In this document: positions 1-11,870 of the stretch, one piece after another | Layout of the letters: each line of letters starts with the position of its first letter | Position numbering within the stretch: position 1 is the first letter of the stretch | NCBI GenBank assembly: GCA_965240325.2 | Contig: OZ251245.1 | Location: 62,001-126,000, forward strand | Reading direction: 5' to 3' | DNA from: Rebecca billardiae RCC1528 | Taxonomy: Eukaryota > Protista > Haptophyta | Length of the DNA: 64,000 nucleotides | The notes under the pieces: generated by a model | Seen by the model: the letters and a program-made list of their open reading frames with translations, nothing else | Databases searched by the model: none | Told to the model about the DNA's origin: nothing | Made by a program: the position numbers and the translations under genes

Positions 1-3000
1 AGTGAGCCGTGTTGCCCGCGTCCGCCGAGAGGAGGAGGACGTGCGGATGCCCGCGCGGGCGCGCGGACTTGCCGTTGCGCTCCGAGCGATCCAGCACGGC
101 GTGCACGGCCTGCGCCCACGGCCGCGCCGCCGACTCGCTGCCGATCATGAGCACGCCCGCGCCCGCGTGCTCGCGATCGCGCTGCGCGACCTCTCGAGAG
201 CCAGCCGCCGGCGGCGGGATCGGGTGGCGGATCGGCTCGCGGCCGAAGCCGCCGCGGAAGACGGTGCGAGCCGAGTGCTCGCCCGTCACCGGGTGGATCT
301 CCTTCCCCACCCACTCGCGCCACGTGTCGAACTGCGCGTCCGTGACGTTCTTCGAGACGAGGTAGCCGGCGACGTCGTGGTGCGTCTGATGAGATTGAAT
401 CTCGCGCACAACGCCCACTGCGCCGCGGCGCTGCTGGAGGTAGGCGTGCCTCGCCCACGGCTTGCGCGAGCCGTCGTCTGCGCCCTCGAGCATCTCGTGC
501 AGCACGAGGTCCATCACGTCGTCGGGCGTGCCACGCAGGATGTGCTCGATATGGTCCGCCTCCCCCCGCCTGCGCTTGCGGCACGCGTTGCTCGAGACCG
601 AGAGAGATGGGCGCTGAGCGCGCTGCCGATGAGCGCCGTCCAGCCCGTTCAGCTCGGCGAGGTGCTCGAACTTGCCGGCGGCTCGGTCGGCGCGCTTGCG
701 CGCGGCGTCCTTGTCGCGCTTGAGCTCGACAAGCTGCGACTGCTGCTCGTCGCAGAGCGACTGGGCGTGCGCGCACTGCTGCTCGAGCAGCTGCTGCGCG
801 TGCAGCGCAGCCGCGAGCTCGTGCTCGACGCCGCTCAGCGCGTCAGCGGCGATGTGCTCGGTCGCGGTGAGGCGGCGCTCCAACTCGAGGGCCCGATCGC
901 GCTGCGCGTCGGCGGCGCGCTGCGCAGCTGCGGCCCGCGCGTTCGCCTCTTCGAGATCGCGCCGAAGCTTCGCCTGCGCCTGCTCCGCCTCGGCGTCGTG
1001 GCGGGTGCGCGCATCCGCGCTGTGCCCGGCGCGGTACCCGGCGAGCACAGCGCGCCTCTCCGCGGCAGCAGCGGCGGCGCGCGCGGCGGCGATCCGGTCG
1101 AGGGCCTCGCGCTCGATGTTCTCGCACTCGAGCTTGACGGCGGCGATCACCACGTCGAGAACCGGCTCGAGATCGACGGCGGCCGAGTTGACGATGTCCT
1201 CGCGCTGCCGCACCGCGTCGTCGCGCTCGCGCTCGAGCTCGCCGTTGAAGTGCTCGAGCTCGGTCACACGTGTGCGCAGCGAGGTGAGCTCGAGCTCGGA
1301 AGGGACGCTGCGCGTGCTGTGCGAGCGCCGCAACTGCTGCTCGAGCTCGGCCACGTGCTACAGCTCGGCCATGCGCCTTCGACCCCGTGCTGTCTGCTCG
1401 TCCGCCTCTGCCTCGGGCGTCGGCGCCACGCTGCCAGCCGAGCGCGTGAGAGGCCGCTGGCGGGTGGGCGCGGCCGAGAGCAGCACGGCAGGCGGCGGCG
1501 ACATGAAGGCGGGCGAGGCGACGGCAGGTGACCTCGGCGGCAGCAGCTCTTCCGCCGACCCACCGACGAACGGCTGCGCCGCCGCGCCAGCGAGGAGGAG
1601 TGGCGGCGCGGGCTGGCGGGAGGCGCTGCGCGTGACCGCGGGCGACGGCGCAGCGGCAGCAGGAAAGCTCAAGGCGGAGGAGGCGTTGGTAGTGGCGGGC
1701 GAGAAGACGAGGTGGTCGGCGTGAGCGGGAAGAGACGAGAAGCGGGCAGCGACGACGGCGGGAGACAAATCGGCGGCGGCGGCGGCGGCTGATGCCGCCG
1801 CCTCGCCGCCATCAGCTCGAAGGAGAGCGAGCGCGCGCGCGGTCGGTGGACGGGCGGCATCATGCGGCGAGGACAGCGGCTGCGGCTGCGGCCGCGGCCG
1901 CGGCCGCGGCCGCGGCTGCGGCGGCTGCACGAGCGGCGGAGGCAGGTGCGGAGGCGCCGACGGCAGCTGCGGCGGTGGCGGAAGCGACGGCAGCGGCGGC
2001 GGCCCCAACGGAGGCAGCGGCTGGGTGTCCGCGACCGCGTAGGGCATCACGGCGGCGGACGATGGATCGGATGGCGCGTCGGCGCAGAGGCCGGGCGTGA
2101 GACCGAGGACTGGAACATGCGAGAGAGGCTGAGAATGAGAATGCAGATGGGCATGCGTGGGATCGAGGGCAGAGAGATCGAGGGGGGGATGCGGCGCGAC
2201 CGCGCCGTCACCAGCTGGCGCGCGACGCCATCGGGCGCTGCTCGCTGCTCGGCGAGTGGCGGTCAGCTGCTCGCGCTGCGCGCGGCGCGCTTTCCAGTCC
2301 GCGCGCTTGCGCCGTGAGACGTCGGACTCGGGCGGCGCCGCCGGTGCCGCCGCGGCGGGCGCCGCGGCAGGCGCTGCCGGCGGCGCGCCCGTGAGCTCCG
2401 ACGGGCCCTTCGTCACAGACGGCGTGCGCCGCCAGCCCCGCCTCCGCCGCGGCGCATCGAGACGCCCTGCGCGCACACCTTGAGCAGCTCGCCGCTCACG
2501 TCAGCGCGCCCCTTCTCCTTCTTGAAGCGCCATGGCTGCATCAGCGCGTAGCGCTCGGCGTCGACGCTCACGCCGCCCTGCGCGTCCTGTGGCGCGTGCA
2601 GGCCGCCCTGCGCGTTGAGCGAGATCACGCCCACGCGCACGTGCGCGAACTGCTGGTACGCGCCGTCCGGATCGAGCCGATGCATCTCGGTGTGCTCGAT
2701 CGAGAGCGAGTGCACCGTGTTGATCGCCGAGAGGTGCCGGTCCGTGCGCGCGCCGCCGAGCGCGTTCGCCCGCAGCGGCTTCGGGACGCGGCGCATGCCC
2801 AGGTTGAGCCACGTCGAGATGCGCTCGGGCTGGTACGAGCTCACGGTGCGCCGCGTGCGGTCCTTCTCTCGCGTCTCGTGCACGACGCCCTGGTCGTCGA
2901 GCGAGGTGAACATCGGCGAGTAGAGGGCGTCACGCGGGAACAGCGCCAGCTTGGCCTTGCGCAGCAGGTTGCCCTTCTTCCGGCTGCCCTTGATGGCGAC

Positions 3001-3270
3001 GAAGTTGTTGACCTTGCGCTTGACCTCCGCCAGGTAGTTCTCGTTCGGCATGATCGAGTGGTCCACCTCGCTCGCCGCCTCGCGCGCGCGCAGCATGAGC
3101 GTCTCGTGCTCAGCCGCCTTCTCCGCGGCCGCCGCGGCCATGCGCCGCCGCACAGATGCGGCAGAGACCTTGCGCCCGATGCCGTAGCCGCCCTTCCGCT
3201 GCAGCTTGACCTTCTTCGGCTTCGCGCAGGAACGCTTGCCCTTGCCCACGGTAAGCACAGCCGTCGTCAT
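1..3270 (-). pseudogene. Disrupted long ORF, probably transposon-derived (basic N-terminus, low-complexity linker, coiled coil, possible DDE-like start); truncated by left window edge
   Basis: ORF 2413-3270 overlaps ORF 1358-2476 in another frame, implying a frameshift near 2420-2470. ORF 1358-2476 ends MAEL-TAG, but the same frame continues stop-free (HVAELEQQLRR...coiled coil...SKNVTDAQFDTWREW...HVLLLSADAGNTAH) to base 1. No introns seen. Confidence 0.55.
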
Positions 3271-3739
3271 TGCTGCGCGCGGCGAGCGCGGTCCCGCGCG
3301 GCCGCCGCCGGGCGCAGCCGCAGCAAGTTAGTCTGATGCAAATTCCCGGTCACCCATGCAAAAGTAAGCGTTCCCGCTGAGCATGTGCGTGGATCACGAG
3401 TAACCCGCCGCCTGAATACAAACTCCGCGCCCCTCCATACACTTCCTGCATCCCCGCGCGCGGCGGCGTGCAGGCGGGCGCAGATTCGCACCGTGTTACG
3501 AACAGACCTAGCAAAGTAGATCGGCGTGGCGGGTCGGGACGCGGAGCGGGTGCGGGGCAGGTGGGGGATAGGTTGGGGAACACCCGCGATTAGAGCACCG
3601 GTGGCGCAGCGGCGACGTGGACGCCGCCACACGCGCACGCACGGCGCACGCGCGCACCGGGACTTTCAACTTCGCGTCGGAGCTCTGGACGACCGTCGGT
3701 TGGTCCGAGCGGCGCGAGGAGGCTCTCGGGATTGTGGCC

Positions 3740-3857
3740 GGACGCCCGGGTTGAGCCGTTAACGGCCGAAAATCAATTTGTTGGAGTTTCCTTAACGGCC
3801 GCTTTAAAAAAGAAATCGTTGCTGTGACAGCTAATTGTTGAGACCCCTGTAGTAAAT
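3740..3857 (-). mobile_element. Putative DNA transposon terminus (hAT-like CAGGGGTCTCAAC end at 3849)
   Basis: Minus strand from 3849 reads CAGGGGTCTCAACAATTAGC. The subterminal zone is AT-rich with TTAACGGCCG twice. The flanking 8-mer TAGTAAAT fits nnnTAnnn. It lies upstream of the disrupted ORF; the other end is not in the window. Confidence 0.35.
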
Positions 3858-4091
3858 GGAATAATATCATCATCAGGTATAGAAATTATAAAACAGGCCA
3901 CGCTAGCAGATCCGGAGCCCGCCGGTACGCGACTCTCGGTCAGCCGCCTCCGCGGAGCCCACTGCACGGTAGCTAGTCCTGACGAGTGCGTGGGACGGAA
4001 GCAGAAGAGCAGATGCGGACGAGCGCCTGCGCATGTATGTCGTAGTGATATAGCGCAGTTATATCGCACCGCCGAGTGCGCCGACGACCGG

Positions 4092-5150
4092 TCACGCGGC
4101 CGCCACCGGCGCGCCGCCGCCGCCCCCCGCCGCGGGCGCGTCGCCGAGCAGGCTGAGCGCGGAGGGCTCGAGCTCGACGGGCACGGCGACGGCGGCGGGC
4201 GAGCTCGTGGCGGGCAGCACGAGCGACGAGCGGCGCGCGGGCCTCTGCGCGGGCGAGGGCTGCGCGCTGGGCGCGGCCGAGCCGGAGGCGGAGGCGGCGG
4301 CCGAGCCGGGCGCGGATTGGTCGGGCGCGGGGTGCGCGCGGCGGAAGGAGGATGCGCGCGAGGCGGCGGAGATGGGCCGCGAGCTCGCGAGCGAGCCGAG
4401 CGCCGCGGACGAGCGCGGCGAGTGCCCGCCCTCGAGCCCGTCCTCCTCCGCGCCGCCGCCGCCGCCGCCGCGCGCGCCGCCCGGCGCGGACGACTCGGCC
4501 GACTCGGGCGCCAGCCCCGCCGCCTCGCGCAGCGCGCGCACGTACGCTGGCAGCGGCAGGCAGAGCGACTTCGACAGCTTCTGCGCGCGGAGGGTGTCGC
4601 GCAGCGCGGCGGCGGAGGAGGCGAGCGAGGCGGACTCCGCCGCCTTGCGCGCGCCCGTCAGCGCGCCGAGCGTCGCGAGCGTCGCCTGCTGCATCGGCAC
4701 GCCCGGCACCAAACTGCATGCCAGCCGCACGAGCGCCTCCTTCCACTCGGCGAGTGCGAGCTCGGCGCCGGGCGCGGCCGCGGCGGCGGCAAAGGAGGCG
4801 AGGGGCGGGAGCGGGGAGGGGAGGGCGAGGGCGAAGGCCGCGGCGAGCGTGCCCTCGTCGATCGGCCGCCCCGCCAGCGCCGCCAGCCCGCGCTCCGCGC
4901 CGAGCGCGCGCCACTGCGCCCAGCCGTGCCTCGAGCGGAACTTGCGCGAGGGCGCGCGCACCGCCTCGGCGCGCGACGGCGTGTGCAGGGGGTGCGCGCG
5001 CGGCAGCGCGCCGTCCGCGTGCGCGGCGTGCTCGGTGAAGTAGGTGGTGAGCTCGTCGTCGTACGCGCCCAGCGCGCGGCGCAGCGGGCCGTCGTGCTGC
5101 AGCCGCGTGCGCACGCCGCCGCCGCCGCCGCCGCGCGGCTCGGCCGACGC

Positions 5151-5182
<32 letters not shown>

Positions 5183-6725
5183 CGTCGGCCGGCGGCGGCG
5201 GCGCGTCGAGCGCGCGCGCGAGCGGCGCGACGCGCTCGGCGACGGCGAGGTCGAAGGCGGCGGCGACGTCGGCGGCGCACCACCTCGGCGCGCGCTTGAG
5301 CGCCAGCCGCACCACCAGCCCGACGAACTGCTCCTCGCTCAGGATGAGGGGCGGCGGCGCGGCGAGCTGCTGCTGCTGCGGCTGCTGCTGCGGCTGCTGC
5401 GGCTGCGGCTGCGCCGCCGCGCCGGCGGCGGCGGCGGCGGCGGCGGGCGGCGGGCTGCGGCCGGCGGCGGGCTCGAGCGGCGCGGGCGGCGCGCACGCGC
5501 GGCGCAGCAGCACGCCGACGTCGCCCTTGCGCAGCCGGCCGCCCAGCAGCCGCGTGTCCGCCACGAACTGCATGCACCCGCCGCGCTCCAGCCCGAGCCT
5601 AGCACCGCCGCCGCCCGCCGCCGCCGCCGGTGTGGGCGGCGCCGGCAGCGTGGCCGGCGTGGGCGGCAGCCGCGCATAGTAGCCGTGCACGCGCTGCAGC
5701 CGGGGCCAGTGCGCGCAGACCGCGGCGCGCAGGGCGCGCTCGTCCGCGCGCGACTTTGCGAGCGCGTGCACCCCCACCGCCGCCCACCACGCGTCACCCG
5801 GGTCGGCGGCGGCGGCGGCGGCCGGCTCGGGCGACGGCGCGGCGGCGGGCGGCGGCGGCCCGGCCGGCGGCGCGCGCGCGCGCGCGGCGCGCAGCGGCGG
5901 CGGCGGCGGCGGCGCGGCGGCGGCGCGCTCGGCGGGCCTCCGCCCGATCGGCGGCAGCGCCACGCCGCCGTCCAGCCCCGCGCCCTCCGCCACGCCCTCG
6001 GGCGGCGCCGCGGCCGCGCGCAGCTCGGTGCGCGCGGCCGCGAGCGCGCGCTCGTAGCCGCGCTGCAGCCGCACGTTGGCGGGGTCGTGCGAGAGGCCGA
6101 GCATGAAGTGGCGGCACGCCTCGAGGGGCATGCCGTGCTCGAAGGCGGTCGTGCCGCGCCGCAGCGCCGTCGCCGCGATGCCCGAGTGCCGCCCGCCCCC
6201 GCCCGCCCCGCCGGCGGCCTGCTGGGCGGCGGCGCCGCCGCCGCCGCCCAGCCGCGCGCGCGAGCGCGCGGCGGCGGGCGGCGAGGGCGAGCCGCCGCTC
6301 GACGCGTCGTCGAGCGGCGCGAGTCGGTGCGCGCCCAGCCCCCGCGGCCGCCCCCCCGTCGCGTGCGTCGGCTGCACGAACACCTCCAGCCCCTCGCGGA
6401 TCGCGTGCCGGTAGTTGCGCCGGTATGCGACGATGGCGTCCGCGTCGAGCGAGCGGAGGGCGGCGGGGGTGGCGGCGGCGAGCGCGGCGAGCGCGCGGGC
6501 CTGCTTCGCCTCGGCCACCTTCTCCTGCTCGCGCCGGCTCGCGGCGCTCACGCTGCCGTGCCCCGCGCTCGGCGGCAGCGCGGACGGCGGGCGCGAGGAC
6601 GAGGCGGGCGAGGCCGGCGAGCGCGGCAGCGGCGAGAGCGCGGCGGTGGAGGAGCGCCGCGAGCCGGCCACGCTGGAGGGCACGTCGAGCCGCGGCAGCC
6701 CGGTCTCCGCCGCCGCCGCCGTCAT
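4092..6725 (-). CDS. Hypothetical protein (877 aa) with a TPR-like motif and C-terminal helical/EF-hand-like segments
   Basis: ATG at 6725 within ORF 4092-8003. TPR-like ALRRGTTAFEHGMPLEACRHFMLGLSHDPANVRLQ; segments CMQFVADTRLL, LSEEQFVGLVVRLA and LALAEWKEALVRLA. Divergent from DGAT2. Confidence 0.65.
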
Positions 6726-7007
6726 GGCGCCTCTCTGCCGGCCGCGCGAAGCAGCCGCGCGCGCGGCGTGTGGGCGTGAGCGCCCAGGCCTGCCCAAGCT
6801 GATGGGCTCAGCTGGTGAGCAGCCTCCGGCTGCTGCTCGGTTCATCAGCCGACGAAAGCGGCAACGTTGCCCGTAGTTGCGTGTAACGAACTGCCGGAGA
6901 ATCAGGGGAGAGAGGGAGAAGCGCGCGACGGCCCTGGAAACCAAAAGAAGACACATCAAAAGCGCGACTGCGCGAGGCGACGAGAAAATCGCGCCGACGG
7001 CCGCACG

Positions 7008-7937
7008 ATGCGCGCGGCGCAGCTCGTCGCGCCGCTCGCCGCGCTCGGCGCGGCGCACGCGCGCGGCTGGCTGGGCTCCGCGCCCGGCGCGCTCGGCGCC
7101 GCGCTGCTCGCCGCGTACCTCTTCTTCTACACCGACGGCGCCGAGCGCACCCCGTCCGCGCGCTACTCGGCGCGCGCGCACCGGCTGTTTGCGGCGTGGA
7201 ACCGCGGCGCGTACGCGCGCATGGGGCTGGGCACGCGCGTGGTGTTCGCCGAGCCGGGCAGCGTGGCGCCGGAGGAGCGGTACATCTTCGCGGTCCACCC
7301 GCACGGCGTCATGTCCTACTGCCACGCCATCCTCTGGCACCACCCGGACTTCTTGGCCGCGTCGCCGCAGGCCACGCGCCGCGCGCTCGCCGCGTCCTCG
7401 CTGTTCGCGCTGCCGCTGTGGCGCGACGTGCTGCTCGCGACGGGCGCGGTGGACGCGTCGCGCGGCGTGGCGCGCGCGTGCCTCCGCGCCGGCCTCTCCC
7501 TCTCCGTCCTCCCCGGCGGCGAGCGCGAGCAGCTCCTCGCCGCGCGCGGGCAGCACACAGTCTGGCTGAGCGCGCGCAGGGGCTTTGTGCGGCTGGCGCT
7601 GTCGCACGGCACGCCGCTCGTGCCGTGCTACTGCTTCGGCGAGACGGAGACGTACGACACGTACGGCTGGGCGCTGCGCGCGCGGCAGTGGCTCGCCTCG
7701 CGCCTCACCGTCGCGCTGCCCCTCTGCTCCGGCCCGAGCGCGCTGCGGCCGCTCCGGCCGCACCCCACGACGCTCACTCTGTGCGTGGGCGCGCCGCTGC
7801 GCGTGCAGCGCGCGCACGAGCCGACGGAGGCGCAGGTGGACGCGCTGCACGCCGCGTACGTGCGCGCGCTGCGCGAGCTCTTCGAGGCGCGCAAGGCCGA
7901 GGCGGGCCACCCGCACGCGCAGCTGCGCGTCGTCTGA
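7008..7937 (+). CDS. DGAT2: Diacylglycerol/monoacylglycerol acyltransferase, DGAT2 family (309 aa, intronless)
   Basis: YIFAVHPHG, LPGGEREQL and RRGFVRLALSHGTPLVPCYCFGE are DGAT2/MGAT signature motifs; hydrophobic N-terminus. Confidence 0.9.
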   Translation: MRAAQLVAPLAALGAAHARGWLGSAPGALGAALLAAYLFFYTDGAERTPSARYSARAHRLFAAWNRGAYARMGLGTRVVFAEPGSVAPEERYIFAVHPHGVMSYCHAILWHHPDFLAASPQATRRALAASSLFALPLWRDVLLATGAVDASRGVARACLRAGLSLSVLPGGEREQLLAARGQHTVWLSARRGFVRLALSHGTPLVPCYCFGETETYDTYGWALRARQWLASRLTVALPLCSGPSALRPLRPHPTTLTLCVGAPLRVQRAHEPTEAQVDALHAAYVRALRELFEARKAEAGHPHAQLRVV

Positions 7938-8243
7938 GTCGGATGACGATGCCCGCGGTGTCGCTGACCGGGCCGCTGTGAGGCCGCCAGCGGCAGCGTG
8001 CACATGCGTGGCTGCTCGAGGGCGCGAAGGAGGCCGGCGCGCGGAGGACTGCGCTCAGGGCAAAGCAGCGCGCGCTGCCGTTGCGCAGCGGCCCGAGCAC
8101 CGCGCATCCTCCGCGGACCGACTCGGCCGGCGCCGCGCCTCACGCCGTGTGCGCCTGTGCGGCCTCACCGCCCTCCAGCATCCGCGCTGCCAGCGAGTGG
8201 CCACGGCCCGTGTCCGTGACTCGGCATCGGCGAGTGAGTCGCG

Positions 8244-8266
8244 TAATATATCATATATATATATAT
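8244..8266. repeat. (TA)n tract between convergent gene 3' ends
   Basis: taatatatcatatatatatatat between the DGAT2 stop (7937) and the 8454 stop. Confidence 0.85.
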
Positions 8267-8453
8267 TGTCACTCACTCGTCAGTCCGAGCGGGACGAGTA
8301 GTAGCAGTCGTGCTGTACGATCGTACCGCCGCGTTCCGCGGGATGTTCGTCATCAAATATATAGATCATATTCGATCGCGCAGTGATGAACATGTCAAAG
8401 CTGATGAGACGGCGGCGCCACCGTCAAAGCAAGCGCAGCTCGGCGGCGCGCCG

Positions 8454-9800
8454 TCAGCACAGCTCGCCGCCCGCGTCGCGCCGCTCGCGCCAGTCGCACG
8501 GCTGCCCGTCGTCCACGCACGCGTACGCGCGGCTCTGCTCGAGGTCGGTGTGGGACGTGCACACGTCGATCACCGCCTCGAGCGCGGCCCACGCCGCGCG
8601 CCCGCCGTCGGTCGGGCCGCAGCGCGCAAAGCGCACGCCGGTGCGCTCGAGCACGCCCCGCGCGATCGGCTCGACGTGCCGCGCACGGTCGGGCGGCGCC
8701 AGCCCGCGCTTCCTCGCGTGCGCCTCCGCGCAGCCCAGCGCCTCGAACGCGCCGAACGGCGTCGTCATCGCGCTCAGCTCCTCCCACGCCGCCTCGCCCA
8801 CCGCGCCGATCGCGAGCGCGCGCGCGTCCACAAACGTGTAGTTCCACTCGGGCCGCATCCAGGCGAAGCGGTAGAAGGCGTCCTCGACGCAGTAGAGCTT
8901 GGTCGCCAGCTTGGTGCGCGTGGCCACCTCGAGCATCGGCACCGCGCGGTAGGCCCTCAGCACGCCCGCCGCCGCGAACGCCGCCACCTCCTCCCGGCGC
9001 CACAGCCAGTGGTAGCTGTGTGTCGGCAGGAAGGAGGCGGCCGAGCCGTTGGCACCGCGCCTGGCCGGCTTGGCCGGGGTGAGGTCGAGGCCGTTGCGCG
9101 CGCCGCGGTGGCGCAGGCCGGGGACGGACGTCTGCGCGACCTTGACCCCCTGCCGCACCAGCCCGTGCGTGATCCACTTGCGCGGGCCCGGCTCGGGCCA
9201 CGGCGAGACGAGCACGTGCCGGCCGCGCCGCTCGTACACGCTCGCCGCGTGGCACAGGTTGTTGCGCAGCACGAGGGACTCGGCGTCGAGCAGGAGGCAC
9301 GAGTGCGCGGGGGTGCTCAGGCAGCCGTACAGCTTCTTCAGGCTCTGCACCCAGTACTTGCTGCTCCCGCTCAGCGCGTCGAGCAGCGCGGGCTCGGGGG
9401 GCGGCGCCGCGCCGCCGCGCGCGAGCGCGTCGTGCAGCGTGCGCACCGCAAAGCGCTCGGCGAGCGCGGCGCCGCGCACGACGCGGCCGAGGCTCCACGG
9501 CGTGCCCGCACCCACCCTGCGCAGCACGCGCTCGAACACCCCGCGCTCCGCCTCGTCCGTCACGACCGTGAGGTGCGACGGCGGCGCAAACGCGCACCGC
9601 GGCTCGGCGGGCTCGGGCAGCGAGCGCGCGATCGACTCGACGAGCCGCGTCCACTCGGGCAGGTGCGGGCGGTGGCACGGCGTCACGACGGCGAGCTGCG
9701 GGAGCGGCGCCGCGCGCCGCGCGGCGCAGCACAGGAGCGCCGCCAGCGCGCGCCGGAAGCGGAGCGCGCGCCGGGCGGCGCTGCTGGCGTGATGCGCCAT
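8454..9800 (-). CDS. Secretory-pathway GT-A-like (glycosyltransferase-like, DUF6492-type) protein, 448 aa
   Basis: Hydrophobic leader ALAALLCCAA; LAVVTPCHRPH, LTVVTDE, YWVQSLKKLYG and LLLDAE (DxD-like) motifs; Cys-rich C-terminus. Confidence 0.6.
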   Translation of the reverse strand: MAHHASSAARRALRFRRALAALLCCAARRAAPLPQLAVVTPCHRPHLPEWTRLVESIARSLPEPAEPRCAFAPPSHLTVVTDEAERGVFERVLRRVGAGTPWSLGRVVRGAALAERFAVRTLHDALARGGAAPPPEPALLDALSGSSKYWVQSLKKLYGCLSTPAHSCLLLDAESLVLRNNLCHAASVYERRGRHVLVSPWPEPGPRKWITHGLVRQGVKVAQTSVPGLRHRGARNGLDLTPAKPARRGANGSAASFLPTHSYHWLWRREEVAAFAAAGVLRAYRAVPMLEVATRTKLATKLYCVEDAFYRFAWMRPEWNYTFVDARALAIGAVGEAAWEELSAMTTPFGAFEALGCAEAHARKRGLAPPDRARHVEPIARGVLERTGVRFARCGPTDGGRAAWAALEAVIDVCTSHTDLEQSRAYACVDDGQPCDWRERRDAGGELC

Positions 9801-10333
9801 CTCGCCCCCACCGCCGTCGTCGCCTCTGCTGTACAGTTTACTTTACTAAGAATAATTCTGGAAACCCACGAGAACAAAGGCACGACTTCACGCTGGGGAC
9901 CAGCCCGTCGCAGGCCTTTTTTTTGACGCCCCTTCTTACCACCCATCCGTAATTGGTCCAGTTACGACGAGTGGCCATGTCTTCCAGCGCCTCGCGTTCG
10001 CGAGGCGTGCCCGAAACAGCTACACACTCACCGGTGCCCTGGGGCACCGGCGCAACCCGCATCCAACACTCCGCATATCGCAGACACGACATATCCACCC
10101 GCGCTTGCACACGCACGCCCCCCCCCCGCCTGCTTGCTGACCATGAAAGGACTGGCCCCGGGTGCGGACGCCAAGCGCATGCTCATCCCGACACGACGGC
10201 GAACACCTGCGGTGTGCCTGTGCGGAGGCACTGGGGAGCGACACGCGGAGTGTGGGCCGCCCTCCTTCCTGAGCAGCGCCCGGCCCTCAGGTGGAGACCG
10301 CGCCCGTCCCGGCCTCCCCGCGGCGGCCGCGAG

Positions 10334-10357
10334 CCCCCCCCCCCCCCCCCCCCCCCC
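10334..10357 (+). repeat. Poly-C run (24 nt)
   Basis: Homopolymer visible directly in the sequence. Confidence 0.9.
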
Positions 10358-10587
10358 TTTTCCCCATCCTGCCCGTTTCGCGACAAACCCCTCTCCCCCC
10401 GAAACGCACGACGGGCCGCCGTGGTCCGGGGGACCGGCGGGGCCACTCCGGACCTGGGTTTTGAAATTTGATTTCAACCCCGCGCGCCGAAATGCCTTTG
10501 GCACCAGCACCGACCTCGCTCGCACCGCAGTGCTTCCGCACCCGCCCCCCGGCCCTCCGCAGCCCCGCGCCCGCCACACCGGCCACC

Positions 10588-11691
10588 ATGCCCCCTTACC
10601 AGCACGGCTTTTTCCGCGACCGTCTCAACAGCAGGAGCGCCTTGAGCTTCTTCCCCTCTTCCAACAACTTCGAGCGCGGGCTGCAGGTGGAACGGCCGAG
10701 CACCCCCACCGCCAGGCGGGATGCGGGCCAGCAGATGTGCACGACGATGATCAAGCTGAGCGCGCGCTGCCTGAGCGACGTGGCGCCCAACTCGCAAGGC
10801 GGGCGACTGCTCTCAGGACTCACCCAGGACCCCAAAGGCAATAAGCACGTTTTCTCCTTCACCGGCTCGGTGCTCGAGAACATGACCATCTGCCGCCGCC
10901 TGGCCACCAGCCTGTGCATGCCGAACATTCTCACGGCGTGCACCACGGAGCTCACGCAGGAGATGCTCGCGCTGTCGGCGGCCGACCTCGCAACCCAGGC
11001 GAAGGACGTGTCCCTCACGCTCCCGGTTAGCCCCACGATGACGCTCGTGCAGTTTCACAGGGCCCTCTACGAGCAGATCGTGCCCGACATCAACAAGTAC
11101 GTGACCAACGGTGAGCACGTCGAGACCAACATCTACTCCGGCGGTGTGAACCTGATCTTCCTCCGCCTGCGTTTCATGCCCATCGACCCCGAGCACCCCA
11201 TCTTCTTCGCGCCGCTCAAGCCGAGCCGCCGCATCGCCGGCGCCGCCCGCGTCCCACACAACCTGTGGGGCGTGCCGCCCGCGCCGCCTGTGCCGCCCGC
11301 GCCGCCCGCCGCTGCGCGCCGCCCTGCTCCTCAGCCGGCCGACCAACAGGCGGCGGACCCCGCCGGCCCGGAGGCGGAGGAGCCCGAGGGGGAGGGTTCG
11401 GACGATGCCATCCCGCCACCCCAGCCACCAACCGCGGCCGCGCCGTCGGACGGGCCCGAGGTGCAACAGGCCAGGCCGGCGCTCGGGGAGTCCAACTACC
11501 GCCTGGTCCTGCCCCCCGGCGCCGCGGCAGCCGGCAAGCGCGCGGCGACCGAGCCGTCCACGCCGGCGGAGGAGGATGGGCCCTCCTCCGCTGGCGGGAG
11601 CGACGCCAAGCCGGCCAAGCAGGCTCGCACCGCGTCCCTCGGCGACCCCCCCCGTGACCTGGCTGCCGCCGCGCCGCAGTCGCTGGCGTAG
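10588..11691 (+). CDS. Orphan protein (367 aa) in a lower-GC island, possibly mobile-element encoded
   Basis: GCCACCATG start; high-complexity globular N-terminal ~230 aa, then a Pro/Ala-rich tail; intronless; no family recognised. Confidence 0.6.
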   Translation: MPPYQHGFFRDRLNSRSALSFFPSSNNFERGLQVERPSTPTARRDAGQQMCTTMIKLSARCLSDVAPNSQGGRLLSGLTQDPKGNKHVFSFTGSVLENMTICRRLATSLCMPNILTACTTELTQEMLALSAADLATQAKDVSLTLPVSPTMTLVQFHRALYEQIVPDINKYVTNGEHVETNIYSGGVNLIFLRLRFMPIDPEHPIFFAPLKPSRRIAGAARVPHNLWGVPPAPPVPPAPPAAARRPAPQPADQQAADPAGPEAEEPEGEGSDDAIPPPQPPTAAAPSDGPEVQQARPALGESNYRLVLPPGAAAAGKRAATEPSTPAEEDGPSSAGGSDAKPAKQARTASLGDPPRDLAAAAPQSLA

Positions 11692-11750
11692 AGCCGCGCG
11701 CGGCGCTGGCGCGCCAGACGCGCCCGGTTGGGCAGCGCAGGCACCCTCAG

Positions 11751-11870
11751 CGGCCAGGACGACGACTTCCTCAACGGCAAGGGCGACGACTTCCTCTGCG
11801 GCCAGGGCGACGACTTCCTCAACGGCAAGGACGACGACTTCCTCAACGGCAAGGGCGACTACTCCCTCAA
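11751..11870 (+). repeat. Tandem repeat, 5 x 24 bp (CGGCMAGGRCGACGACTTCCTCAA)
   Basis: Five adjacent units with no spacers; translate as G(Q/K)(D/G)DDFLN octapeptides. Confidence 0.9.

Noticed and set aside
1358-11691. Genome-wide TAG reassignment suggested by two in-frame TAGs (1358, 11689)
   Set aside because: Conserved host genes in the window (CTDSPL2 at 29599, the channel at 13331) end normally at TAG and contain no internal TAGs; both cases are in TE-like regions.
11751-11870. 24-bp repeats as a CRISPR array
   Set aside because: Units are directly adjacent with no unique spacers, there are no cas genes, and the context is eukaryotic.
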